Part shown: positions 8,672-17,349 of the stretch, piece by piece
Numbering within the stretch: the stretch's first letter is position 1
How the letters are laid out: the number at the start of each line of letters is the position of its first letter
NCBI GenBank assembly: GCA_949298075.1
Contig: CASFVA010000033.1
Span: 20,806-84,805, forward strand
DNA from: an uncultured Lentisphaeria bacterium
GTDB taxonomy: Bacteria; Verrucomicrobiota; Lentisphaeria; Victivallales; Victivallaceae
Length of the DNA stretch: 64,000 nucleotides
Direction: 5' to 3'
Position numbers and translations under genes: made by a program
Notes under the pieces: model-generated
The model's input: the letters and a program-made list of their open reading frames with translations, nothing else
What the model was told of the DNA's origin: nothing
Databases searched by the model: none

Positions 8672-10312
8672 TCAATCCCGGATCAGTACTGAATAACGGT
8701 AGTTGAGCTTGAGTTCCTCTCCGGGAGCCAGGGTGAGCTCCCACTCCAACTGTCCCTGCCGGTTGATTGAAGTGATGCCGCGTCCGATGCTGCGATCCAC
8801 CGGCGACCGGTCAGCCGCGACCAGGTTGCCGGAATAGTTGAGCCGGATCACCACTGCCGCCGGAGTGTCGCGGAAGTTTTTAAGAGTCAGGACGCCGACC
8901 ACATCCGGATTGCGGTAACGAGTACCGTTGATCCAGACCTGCTCAACCCGGCTCAGACCGGCCCGTTTGGCCGCCGCTGGAGTCCCCAGGGGAGCAAACG
9001 CAGTGACCTCTTCCGTTTCCGCGTCCGGCATTGCCGCCGGACGCAGCGGATTGGCCTCGTATTCCGTGACTTTGCCGCTGACGGTCTGCGCCTTGGTGAT
9101 GTTCAGCGTGGTCTGATCCCCGACGTTGACCCATTCTCCCTCGGAAACCGCCAGCACATCGGAGCCATCCACCACCTCAACCGGAGCCGGCACAATCGGA
9201 CTCTTCAACGGATTCTTGAAACGCACCGCGTCCCACAGCGTGCCGTTGGGTTCACGGTTATTGCGGTTCAAGTGACCGTCGGCGTCAAAGCGGTCCGGAA
9301 TCACCCAGTTGACCAACCGTTCAAAACTGCCTTCGGCGCTGCCGAGTTCGCGGTACAGCGCATCGTCTTTTTTGATCGACAACTTGCCCGCCTCGATCTT
9401 GTGCAGATCAGAAGTGGTGCCCGAGTCGACAACGCCACCGGCTTCATTCAAGGTATCCACCATCGGGGACACCAAGCTTTTTCTGGCAAAATTAGCCGCC
9501 GATTCCGCCCGCAGCGGCACCGCCGGCTGAATCGCCAGGGCGGATAATTCCTGCTGGCAGTAGACGTGGGGATGACCGGCGACCAGAACCGCTTCCACCC
9601 CGTTCAAGTCGGCGAGGCGGTTGCTGATTTCAGCCGACATCGCCAGCCGCATACGCTGATTTTCCATAAGGGTCAACCGATAAGCCGGCTTCCAGTTCAA
9701 CCCCGCCGTGACATAGGCAACCGTCAGACTGCGGCCGATTTTTTCGTGGGGGGTAATGAGCAAAACCGGACGCTCCCTGCGAATCGAACTGCGGACCGCG
9801 TCGCTCTGAATCGACTCTATCAGCTCCTGTCGAACCGCGATGAGTTTGCCCAAAGCGTCTTCCTGCTCCAGCAGCAGAAAGGGAGCATAACTCGCCTCCC
9901 CGAGCTGACCGGCAGGTTCCGCCGGACGGGCCGGCTTGATGACCACTCCGGACAGGCGGCGGGGCAGTCCGGAACCGGTCCGGATTTCCAGCGTCACGCG
10001 CTGGCCGGCGTAGGTTTCACTCAGATTGCTGAACGGCCGGTAATTCGGAGTTTCCAGTTCGCGCACCACCCGGGCCGCCTCCAGTTTACGGCCGGGCGTG
10101 AACCACAGCGTCCCCCGGATCGGCGCGAGATGGCAATCCATGTAAAACGGGGTTTCCGGAGGATTGGCGATTTCCCGCGTCACTGCCGCCGTGCCGTTTT
10201 TGAAGATCGCCACCCTGGTGATCGGAGCCTTTACCTCGGTTTCCGCCGTCGTCGCCGCCGCCGCACTCCACGCCAGCGTCGCCGCCCCGGCCGCCATCAA
10301 CCATTTGTTCAT
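8672..10312 (-). CDS. Hypothetical secreted protein (signal peptide; possibly DUF4139/DUF4140-like)
   Basis: The N-terminus MNKWLMAAGAATLAWSAAAA is a classical Sec signal peptide. About 545 aa with no motif I recognise. The start is either 10324 or 10312. Confidence 0.55.
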   Translation of the reverse strand: MNKWLMAAGAATLAWSAAAATTAETEVKAPITRVAIFKNGTAAVTREIANPPETPFYMDCHLAPIRGTLWFTPGRKLEAARVVRELETPNYRPFSNLSETYAGQRVTLEIRTGSGLPRRLSGVVIKPARPAEPAGQLGEASYAPFLLLEQEDALGKLIAVRQELIESIQSDAVRSSIRRERPVLLITPHEKIGRSLTVAYVTAGLNWKPAYRLTLMENQRMRLAMSAEISNRLADLNGVEAVLVAGHPHVYCQQELSALAIQPAVPLRAESAANFARKSLVSPMVDTLNEAGGVVDSGTTSDLHKIEAGKLSIKKDDALYRELGSAEGSFERLVNWVIPDRFDADGHLNRNNREPNGTLWDAVRFKNPLKSPIVPAPVEVVDGSDVLAVSEGEWVNVGDQTTLNITKAQTVSGKVTEYEANPLRPAAMPDAETEEVTAFAPLGTPAAAKRAGLSRVEQVWINGTRYRNPDVVGVLTLKNFRDTPAAVVIRLNYSGNLVAADRSPVDRSIGRGITSINRQGQLEWELTLAPGEELKLNYRYSVLIRD

Positions 10313-10354
10313 GCGCACCTCCATCTTTCTTTAATACAGTTTACAGCTCTGCTG

Positions 10355-12217
10355 TCACCGTTTGATCTGAAACGCCGCCCGCAGCGCGGCCGGGTCGGAG
10401 TCTGCCAGCTTCAGTCCGACTTCATCGTCCAGCCCGATTTTGCCCTGATAACGGCTTTTGTACTCATAGGCGAATTCCGGAATCGCCAGCGTCAGCCTCT
10501 CCCCCTGCCGATCCACGGCCACACCGAAACCCTCCCAGTCCGGATGCAGCTTCAAATACACCAGCAGCCAGTATTCGTCGGCGTAGCGCTCCAACTTGCG
10601 CCGCACCGCCGCTCCGGCCTCGGAATAAGTCAGCGCGCTTTCCAGCTCCTCCCAAGTGAGCGGCTCCTCCCCGCGCATGATCCGTCGCAGCTGGTAATGG
10701 GCCCACAAATCAGCATATCGCCGCAACGGACTGGTGATCCGGGCATAGGGTTCCAGCCCCAGTCCGAAATGCCGCCCCGGCACCGGTCCCGGCACACTTG
10801 GCGCCGAATTGCGCCGCAATTCATACATGGCCGCCAGAGTTTCACCGCGCTCCGGAGTCTCCGGCGGCGCCTGGGTGACGAATGGAAACGCCGCCCCCTG
10901 CTCCGCCATGAATTTGGCCGCGGCATGACCGGCGGCCAACATCGCATTGGCCACCAGTTCGCGCTCCGGAGTCACCGGACAGGGCGTGATTACAATCTCA
11001 CGCCCCCGTACCACGGTCTTGACTTCCGGCAACCGGATGAACAATGCGCCCTCTCGACGGCGGCGTTCCCGGAATCGCTCCAGTTCCGACCTGATCTCGC
11101 GCAGCGGTGACTGTTCCCATTCGCCCGCCGCACTCTCATAAGTCAACCGGGTCACGGCAACCAGACTCGGCATCATCCGCTCCAGCACCGCTTCGCCGTC
11201 GGCAGTAATCCGGATCACGAAGGTCAGAGCCGGACTGACCGGTTTCAGCCCCAAACCGAACTGCGCCGTCGCCGCCTCCGGAAGCATCGGCACCACCCGT
11301 TCCGGCAGGTAGCAGGTCGCTCCCCGCAGGCGCGCCTCCCGATCCACCGGATCGCCGGGATGAATCACCGCCGCCGGATCCGCGACATGCACATAAAGGC
11401 AGCCATCAGCGAACGCCACCGCATCGTCCGGATCATCGCTGCCGGAATCATCAATGGCCAGCGAACGCATTCCGGTGAGATCGACTCTCGCCTCGTCAGG
11501 AAGTTCCGGCAGCGGCAGCTCAGAAGCTTGAGTCTCCACCCCCAGCCGCGCCGGCCAGGGGTCGACAAAACAATCCCAGACGCCCAGCTCCAGCAGCAGC
11601 CGGTGCGCCTTTTCCGGCGCCGCCTCAATTCCCAGCTCCTTCAACAGCCGGCTGCTGCCCGCGCTACCCAGCGCCACCGCTTCAATCTCGCGCAACGCCC
11701 GGCGATCCTCCGGAATCACCGCCCGGCGCCGGATCCGGTCAAGCAGCGCCTCCCGCGCCGCCCGTTCAGCTTCGCGCGCCTCCCGCGCCGCCCGGCGCTC
11801 AGCCAGAAGTTCCGGCGGCAACGGCGTAACTCCGGAGTCGATCGACCCCGAAAACCAGTCCCCGCCGGTCAGAACCCGCCACGCGGCATAATATTCCGGC
11901 GCCCCGCCGCGTCCGTAAGCCAGTTCGACCCACTCCCCGAACGAAAGCGTTTCATCATCCATCAATTCGACCACCGCCGGCCAGTCCGGCTCCGGCACCT
12001 CGGGAGGCGGCAGAACCGCCACCGGCCCCGGATGCAGAAATTCAATGTCCTTGGGCCGCACGCTGCGCTCGGTTCCGCCCTCGCCCCGGATCTCAATCTT
12101 ATCCCGCCCGATTCCGGTGATCACAGCACTCCGGCCCCGGTAAATTACCAACGCTCCGGTATTCAAATTACCCGCTCCATCCAATCCGCCGCCACCGTCG
12201 CGGCAATACTCTGTCAC
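10355..12217 (-). CDS. RNB-domain 3'-5' exoribonuclease (RNase II/RNase R family)
   Basis: The RNB catalytic region (DDPDDAVAFADGCLYVHVADPAAVI ... ITSPLRRYADLWAHYQL) is followed by a C-terminal S1-like domain. The track ORF extends to 12970, but that would run antisense through cysK. GTG at 12217 or a nearby codon is the probable start, so the boundary is uncertain. Confidence 0.75.
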   Translation of the reverse strand: MTEYCRDGGGGLDGAGNLNTGALVIYRGRSAVITGIGRDKIEIRGEGGTERSVRPKDIEFLHPGPVAVLPPPEVPEPDWPAVVELMDDETLSFGEWVELAYGRGGAPEYYAAWRVLTGGDWFSGSIDSGVTPLPPELLAERRAAREAREAERAAREALLDRIRRRAVIPEDRRALREIEAVALGSAGSSRLLKELGIEAAPEKAHRLLLELGVWDCFVDPWPARLGVETQASELPLPELPDEARVDLTGMRSLAIDDSGSDDPDDAVAFADGCLYVHVADPAAVIHPGDPVDREARLRGATCYLPERVVPMLPEAATAQFGLGLKPVSPALTFVIRITADGEAVLERMMPSLVAVTRLTYESAAGEWEQSPLREIRSELERFRERRRREGALFIRLPEVKTVVRGREIVITPCPVTPERELVANAMLAAGHAAAKFMAEQGAAFPFVTQAPPETPERGETLAAMYELRRNSAPSVPGPVPGRHFGLGLEPYARITSPLRRYADLWAHYQLRRIMRGEEPLTWEELESALTYSEAGAAVRRKLERYADEYWLLVYLKLHPDWEGFGVAVDRQGERLTLAIPEFAYEYKSRYQGKIGLDDEVGLKLADSDPAALRAAFQIKR

Positions 12218-12233
12218 GCTGACAATATAAGGC

Positions 12234-12262
12234 TTGACAGCGGCCTTGTCAACACTTATATT
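12234..12262 (+). promoter_or_regulatory. Sigma70-like promoter (TTGACA-17nt-TATATT) upstream of cysK
   Basis: Read directly: TTGACA at 12234-12239, a 17-nt spacer, then TATATT at 12257-12262. The RBS AAGGAG lies 8 nt before ATG 12314. Confidence 0.5.
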
Positions 12263-12313
12263 AGGCTCCGAAAGTGAAAACCGCTGATTTTCCCAGCCAA
12301 GGAGATCCTCGCA

Positions 12314-13246
12314 ATGGAACGTATCGCCGCCAATATACTCGAAACCATCGGACATACCCCCCTGGTCCGCATCAACCGCCTGAACGCCGGCAACCCCGCC
12401 GCCGTGCTGGCCAAAATCGAAAGCCGCAACCCCGGCGGCAGTGTCAAAGACCGGGTCGGAGCCGCCATGATCGCCGCCGCCGAAGCCGCCGGACTCCTGC
12501 GGCCCGGAGCCGTGGTGATCGAACCCACCAGCGGCAACACCGGCATCGGCCTGGCCGTGGCCTGCGCCGTCAAAGGTTATCGGCTCATTCTGACCATGCC
12601 CGAAACCATGAGCGTCGAACGGCGCAGACTGCTGGCAGCTTACGGCGCCCGCATCGTGCTGACTCCGGGGGCCGAGGGCATGCGCGGCGCCATTGACAGA
12701 GCCGAGGCCATCCGGGCGGCCACCCCCGGAGCGATCATTGCCGGACAGTTTGTCAATCCAGCCAATCCGGCCATCCACCGCGCCACCACCGCCCGGGAAA
12801 TCCTCGACGACACCGACGGCGAAATCGGAGCATTTGTGGCCGGAGTCGGTACCGGCGGAACGTTGACCGGCGTCGGGGAACAACTCAAAGCCGAGGTTCC
12901 CGGAGTGAAAATTGTCGCAGTGGAACCGGCGGACTCGGCAGTGCTTTCCGGCCGGCCGGCCGGCCCCCACCAGCTTCAGGGCATCGGGGCCGGATTTGTG
13001 CCCGAGGTGCTCAACACCGCCATCATCGACCGCATTGAAACCGTCTCATCCGACGAGGCCGGCACCACGGCCCGGCGCTGCGCCGCCGAAGAGGGAATCC
13101 TGATCGGAATATCGGGCGGAGCCGCGCTCTTCGCCGCTCTGAAACTCGCCGCCGAACCGGAGTTTTCCGGAAAAAAAATCGTGGTGCTGCTGCCGGACTC
13201 CGGGGAGCGCTACCTGTCAACCTGGCTTTTCAACGGAGAGAACTGA
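12314..13246 (+). CDS. cysK: Cysteine synthase A (O-acetylserine sulfhydrylase)
   Basis: 310 aa. The PLP-lysine motif is NPGGSVKDRVG, with TSGNTGIGLA and the GVGTGGTLTG glycine loop. Confidence 0.9.
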   Translation: MERIAANILETIGHTPLVRINRLNAGNPAAVLAKIESRNPGGSVKDRVGAAMIAAAEAAGLLRPGAVVIEPTSGNTGIGLAVACAVKGYRLILTMPETMSVERRRLLAAYGARIVLTPGAEGMRGAIDRAEAIRAATPGAIIAGQFVNPANPAIHRATTAREILDDTDGEIGAFVAGVGTGGTLTGVGEQLKAEVPGVKIVAVEPADSAVLSGRPAGPHQLQGIGAGFVPEVLNTAIIDRIETVSSDEAGTTARRCAAEEGILIGISGGAALFAALKLAAEPEFSGKKIVVLLPDSGERYLSTWLFNGEN

Positions 13247-13247
13247 T

Positions 13248-14051
13248 TTGAAGATCATGCATTTTTCCGATCCGCACGCCGGAGGACCGGCCGAGGACTG
13301 GATGGCTTATTTTGACAAACGATGGGTCGGGGTTTTCAACTACCGGTTCCGCCGCCGGTTCCGGCATGATCTCAGGAAACTGAAAACCGCCGTCGAATGC
13401 ATTCTGGACACCCGGCCGGAGGTGGCGGTCTGCACCGGAGACCTCACCAGTTCCGGACAGCCCGGAGAATTCGAGCGGGTGCTTGATATTCTCGCGCCGC
13501 TGGGCGGCTCCGGCATTCCGCTGCTCTATCTGCCGGGCAACCATGACTGCTACGTCCGGCGCCCCCAATGCGTGGCCGCCATGAAAAATGCGGTTGACCG
13601 TCTCTCCGGAACCGACTATTGCTTCGACGACCTGCCGACCGTCAGAACCCATGCCGGGGTCGAGTTTCTGCTGCTCAACACGTCGCGCCCCTCCAATTTG
13701 CTCTGTTCCTGGGGATTTGTGGCAGCGCCGGACGCGGCGTATTTCCGCCGCCACTGCGAATCGCCGAAAACCCGTCCGCGCATTCTGCTCTCGCACTACC
13801 CGATGATTGAGGAGCACCCGGTTCTGCGGCTGCGCCACCGGCTTTTCGGCCAGCAGCCCATCCTTGACTTGATGCATTCCGGAGCGATTGATCTTACGCT
13901 GGTCGGACACGTACACCGCCCCTACCTCAAAGTGGACGCCGACGGCCACGGTGAATGCTGCGCCGGATCAGTAACCCGCAATGGTTCCATGGTCGAAATC
14001 GACTGCGACGTGGAGCACTCCACTTTCAAATTCAAGACCATCGAACTGTAA
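13248..14051 (+). CDS. Metallophosphoesterase (calcineurin-like phosphoesterase)
   Basis: The motifs HFSDPH, GDLTSSG, LPGNHD and GHVHRP are the calcineurin-like metal-binding set. The start is either TTG 13248 or ATG 13257. Confidence 0.7.
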   Translation: MKIMHFSDPHAGGPAEDWMAYFDKRWVGVFNYRFRRRFRHDLRKLKTAVECILDTRPEVAVCTGDLTSSGQPGEFERVLDILAPLGGSGIPLLYLPGNHDCYVRRPQCVAAMKNAVDRLSGTDYCFDDLPTVRTHAGVEFLLLNTSRPSNLLCSWGFVAAPDAAYFRRHCESPKTRPRILLSHYPMIEEHPVLRLRHRLFGQQPILDLMHSGAIDLTLVGHVHRPYLKVDADGHGECCAGSVTRNGSMVEIDCDVEHSTFKFKTIEL

Positions 14052-14150
14052 AAAACAGGAGCGTCCGCGCCGCCGCCGGTGGATGCGGCGGTAAATCCCG
14101 CCCCCCGCCCGGTCGCAGTCCGGGACGCGCCCCGGCGGCAATATCAGATT

Positions 14151-15566
14151 TCAGAACCGGAAATCGCGCGCTCCGGAGCGGATTTCCGCCAGCCGCTCCG
14201 CGGCAATCGCCCGCACTTTATCCGAAGGCACCCGGGCCAGTTCCGCCGCAATCACCTTTTCACCCAAAGTCCTGGTGGCGTCCGAAGCGTAATCCTCGAG
14301 ATACTCCTGCAGCGTCATCAGCGCGTTCGGCTGGCAGCAGTTGGCGATCTGCCCCGACTTGACCAGACTCATGAACCGGTCGCCGGTACGTCCCTCCCGG
14401 TAGCAGGCAGTGCAGAAACTCGGAATGTAACCCAGATCCAGCAGCCAGTTGATGACGTCGTCCAGCGACCGCGTGTCGCTGACGTCGAACTGGGCGGTTT
14501 CATCATGCCGCTCCTCGGTAGTGTAACCGCCGACGCTGGTGCGCGAACCGCCGCTGATCTGGGATACGCCCACCGCCAGCACCCGTTCCCGCGCCCGGCG
14601 GCTCTCACGGGTGGAGATGATAATGCCGGTGTAAGGCACCGCAATCCGCAGCACCGCCACGAGTTTTTCGAAAATGTCGTCGGAAATCGCGTTGCTGAAC
14701 GTGGAGGCGTCAATGTCATCCGCCGGCCGGATGCGCGGCACGCTGATCGTATGCGGCCCCACGCCTTTGGCGGCTTCAAGATGCTCGGCGTGCATGAGCT
14801 GACCCACAAAATCGTAACGATAGGTGCTCAGGCCGTACAGAACACCGCAGCCGACATCATCGATGCCGCCCTCCATGGCGCGATCCATCGCCTCGGTATG
14901 CCAGGCATAGTCATGCTTGGGACCGGTCGGATGGAGCGCCTCGTAATTCTTTTTGTCATAGGTCTCCTGAAAGAGGATGTAAGTTCCGATTCCGGCTGCT
15001 TTGAGTTTGCGGTAATTCCCGACAGTCGTCGCGGCGATATTGACGTTGACCCGCCGGATCGCCCCGTTGCGGTGTTTGATCGAATAAATGGTGTCGATGC
15101 TTTCCAGAACGTATTCGATCGGATTCATCACCGGATCCTCGCCGGTTTCAATCGCCAGACGCTTGTGTCCCATATCCTGGAGGGCAATTACCTCGCGCCG
15201 GATTTCCTCCTGGGTGAGCTTCTTGCGCGGAATGGTCCGGTTCCTGAGATGGTATGGGCAGTAAACACAACCGTTAACGCAGTAATTCGACAGGTACAGC
15301 GGCGCAAACATCACAATCCGGTTGCCGTAAAACCGCTGTTTGATCCGGCGGGCCAAATCGAGGATCCGTTCGTTTTCCTCCGGCAGTTCGCAGTCCAGCA
15401 GCACCAGAGCCTCCCGGTGGGACAGGCCCTTGCAGTCCCCGGCCCGTTCAATAATGTCCCGGATCAGCTCCCGATCATTCCGATGCGCCGCGGCATACTC
15501 CAGCGTCGCCCGGATTTCACCGTCATCAATAAACTCCTCGGCTTTGCACGATTTGACGTCATACAT
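14151..15566 (-). CDS. hydG: [FeFe]-hydrogenase H-cluster radical SAM maturase HydG (tyrosine lyase)
   Basis: 471 aa. The radical-SAM motif is CVNGCVYCPY and the ThiH-like core has a C-terminal auxiliary cluster motif CTACYREGRTGDRF. The RBS AGGGGGTG precedes ATG 15566. Confidence 0.85.
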   Translation of the reverse strand: MYDVKSCKAEEFIDDGEIRATLEYAAAHRNDRELIRDIIERAGDCKGLSHREALVLLDCELPEENERILDLARRIKQRFYGNRIVMFAPLYLSNYCVNGCVYCPYHLRNRTIPRKKLTQEEIRREVIALQDMGHKRLAIETGEDPVMNPIEYVLESIDTIYSIKHRNGAIRRVNVNIAATTVGNYRKLKAAGIGTYILFQETYDKKNYEALHPTGPKHDYAWHTEAMDRAMEGGIDDVGCGVLYGLSTYRYDFVGQLMHAEHLEAAKGVGPHTISVPRIRPADDIDASTFSNAISDDIFEKLVAVLRIAVPYTGIIISTRESRRARERVLAVGVSQISGGSRTSVGGYTTEERHDETAQFDVSDTRSLDDVINWLLDLGYIPSFCTACYREGRTGDRFMSLVKSGQIANCCQPNALMTLQEYLEDYASDATRTLGEKVIAAELARVPSDKVRAIAAERLAEIRSGARDFRF

Positions 15567-15635
15567 TTCACACCCCCTGCTGGCTTTAACCTTGATTCAC
15601 CTTCCTACGCTCCGGCAGCCCGGCCGGCACCGGCT

Positions 15636-15887
15636 TCACGCCGTCCTGGAATAAACCGCCTTGACACTGACTCCGGAGAGCATGCCCAGCTTGCCGGAAA
15701 GCGAACTGACCACCTCCTGCGGCGCATCCAGCACCACGCTGATGATCGACACCCCCCGCGAACGGTACGGAATGCCCATGCGCCCCACAATATATTCGCC
15801 GCAATCATGCAGCAGCTGGTTGATCGCCTCCGCAGAGGCCGTATCCTCGACAATGATTCCGAGCAGTGCAATACGCGACGTGCTCAT
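15636..15887 (-). CDS. Putative iron-only hydrogenase system regulator (TM1266 family, ACT-like)
   Basis: 84 aa (MSTSRIALLGIIVEDTASAEAINQLLHDCGEYIVGRMGIPY...) immediately upstream of hydG on the same strand. The RBS GGAGGA precedes ATG 15887. This is the typical hydG-associated small regulator. Confidence 0.6.
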   Translation of the reverse strand: MSTSRIALLGIIVEDTASAEAINQLLHDCGEYIVGRMGIPYRSRGVSIISVVLDAPQEVVSSLSGKLGMLSGVSVKAVYSRTA

Positions 15888-15916
15888 AACTTTCCTCCAC
15901 TGCGTTTCAAGTCCAT

Positions 15917-15949
15917 AAAAAAACCGTGCCCCGGTTCTCCGGTGCACGG
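15917..15949 (-). terminator. Rho-independent terminator downstream of azlD (minus strand)
   Basis: On the minus strand CCGTGCACCGG-AGAA-CCGGGGCACGG is followed by TTTTTTT (a plus-strand A-run at 15917-15923). Confidence 0.55.
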
Positions 15950-16104
15950 AACTGCCTGCCATATCACTAAAAAAGCAGATCGCAATTTCGCCGGCCTTCC
16001 CCCTCGGAAATCCGCCGCGCCGCGCGACCCCTCGGAGTGAGAACCCAACTCTTGTCAATCTTTTTAATATACATGAAAAAACTGATTTTGCAAGTTCGGG
16101 GCCT

Positions 16105-16452
16105 TTACAGAAAATTCTGAACCATTACCATGTAAACCACCGTGCCGGCCAGAATCGACAACAGCGGATTGCGCCGCCACCACTGCAGTCCGACCACAAC
16201 CAGCCCCGCCGACAGCTCCGCAATGCCGTAAAGATGGTCCTGCAGCCGGACATCGCGGAAGTAGGAGCAGAAACAGTAAACCGTCAGCATGGCAATCGCA
16301 GCCGGAGAAATCACCCGTCCGAGATAATCCACCAGCCGGGGCGGACGCCGTCCCGATCCGAAAATCAGAAACGGAAACGCCCGGAGCAGCAGCGTCACCG
16401 CTCCCGTCACCGCCACCAGGCTCCAGAGATAGGCATCCGTCGCGGGCGTCAT
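16105..16452 (-). CDS. azlD: Branched-chain amino acid exporter small subunit AzlD family
   Basis: 115 aa with 3-4 TM segments. It overlaps the AzlC-like gene by 4 nt (16449-16452). Confidence 0.65.
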   Translation of the reverse strand: MTPATDAYLWSLVAVTGAVTLLLRAFPFLIFGSGRRPPRLVDYLGRVISPAAIAMLTVYCFCSYFRDVRLQDHLYGIAELSAGLVVVGLQWWRRNPLLSILAGTVVYMVMVQNFL

Positions 16453-17183
16453 GGTTTCGGTTCCCCTTCAGGCACGGCAGCGGCGCAATCCAGGCGCCCC
16501 CGCCACAGCATAAACGCCACCAGCATCAGCACCATCGCCGGAATCAGCATGTTGGCGACACTGAAAAACAGCCGGCTCACCAGCGCGGCGCCCAATCCGA
16601 TCAGCGCCGGCAACCGGTTTTCCCGCTCCCGGCACTGATCGGTCATGATCACCAGAAACAGCGCCGTCATTGCAAAGTCAATGCCACGGTTGCTGAATGG
16701 CAGCGAAGCGCCAGCCACTGCACCCGAAACCACACCGGCCACCCAGTAAAAGTGATCAAGCGCCGCCACCGCCAGGCAGTAGGAAACCGCTGATTCGCCC
16801 TTGAAACGCCGTTCGGCGGTCTCCAGGGCATAGGTTTCGTCGGTCAGACTCCAGATCAGATAAAACTTTTTCAGGGGGGAAATTCCGCGAAATTTACCGA
16901 TCAGCGACAATCCGTACATTGCGTAACGCAAGTTGAGGCACAAAGTCAGCAGCGCGACTTCGAGCAGAGGCACGGAGTCCCGCATCCAGCCGACCATGAT
17001 GAACTGCAAAGCGCCGGAAATATTGACCGCGCTGCTCAGCAGCGCCCAGAAAGGAGCCGCCCCGACCCGGGCACCGCCGGACAGCAGCACTCCGGCCGCA
17101 AACCCCATCGTAAGGTATCCCATCATCACCGGCAGCGAAGCAAGCAGCGCGGCTTTAAAAACTGTTCTGGTCATGACCGCCAC
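16449..17183 (-). CDS. azlC: AzlC family branched-chain amino acid exporter permease
   Basis: 244-aa multi-TM protein that is translationally coupled to azlD. Confidence 0.7.
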   Translation of the reverse strand: MAVMTRTVFKAALLASLPVMMGYLTMGFAAGVLLSGGARVGAAPFWALLSSAVNISGALQFIMVGWMRDSVPLLEVALLTLCLNLRYAMYGLSLIGKFRGISPLKKFYLIWSLTDETYALETAERRFKGESAVSYCLAVAALDHFYWVAGVVSGAVAGASLPFSNRGIDFAMTALFLVIMTDQCRERENRLPALIGLGAALVSRLFFSVANMLIPAMVLMLVAFMLWRGRLDCAAAVPEGEPKP

Positions 17184-17349
17184 TCAGGAACAACCGGCAT
17201 CGCCGCCGGGGACGTTTCAACAAGATCATCCGAATAATATATCATCGCCCGGAAGTGTTTGCAATCGCCGGCCGCCGGAGCGGCCGGCAAAAAAGCCGGT
17301 CCCGGAACAACTTCCGGAACCGGCAGGATTTGAATCCGCCACGACCGGC

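Noticed and set aside
9566-11110. 514-aa plus-strand ORF
   Set aside because: It lies antisense to the secreted-protein and RNB exoribonuclease genes. The Arg/Pro/Gln-rich translation is low complexity.
12218-12970. N-terminal 250-codon extension of the RNB exoribonuclease ORF (track start 12970)
   Set aside because: The extension would run antisense through the cysK promoter and the first 650 nt of cysK. Its Gly/His/Asp-rich translation is not protein-like. The internal start at about 12217 is used instead.
14079-16040. 653-aa plus-strand ORF
   Set aside because: It lies antisense to hydG and to the TM1266 regulator, both of which have strong motif support.
17270-17299. GC hairpin GCCGGCCGC-CGGAG-CGGCCGGC followed by an A-run between azlC and pnp
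   Set aside because: On the plus strand an A-run, not a T-run, follows it. On the minus strand the T-run precedes the stem. It is therefore not a canonical intrinsic terminator for pnp.
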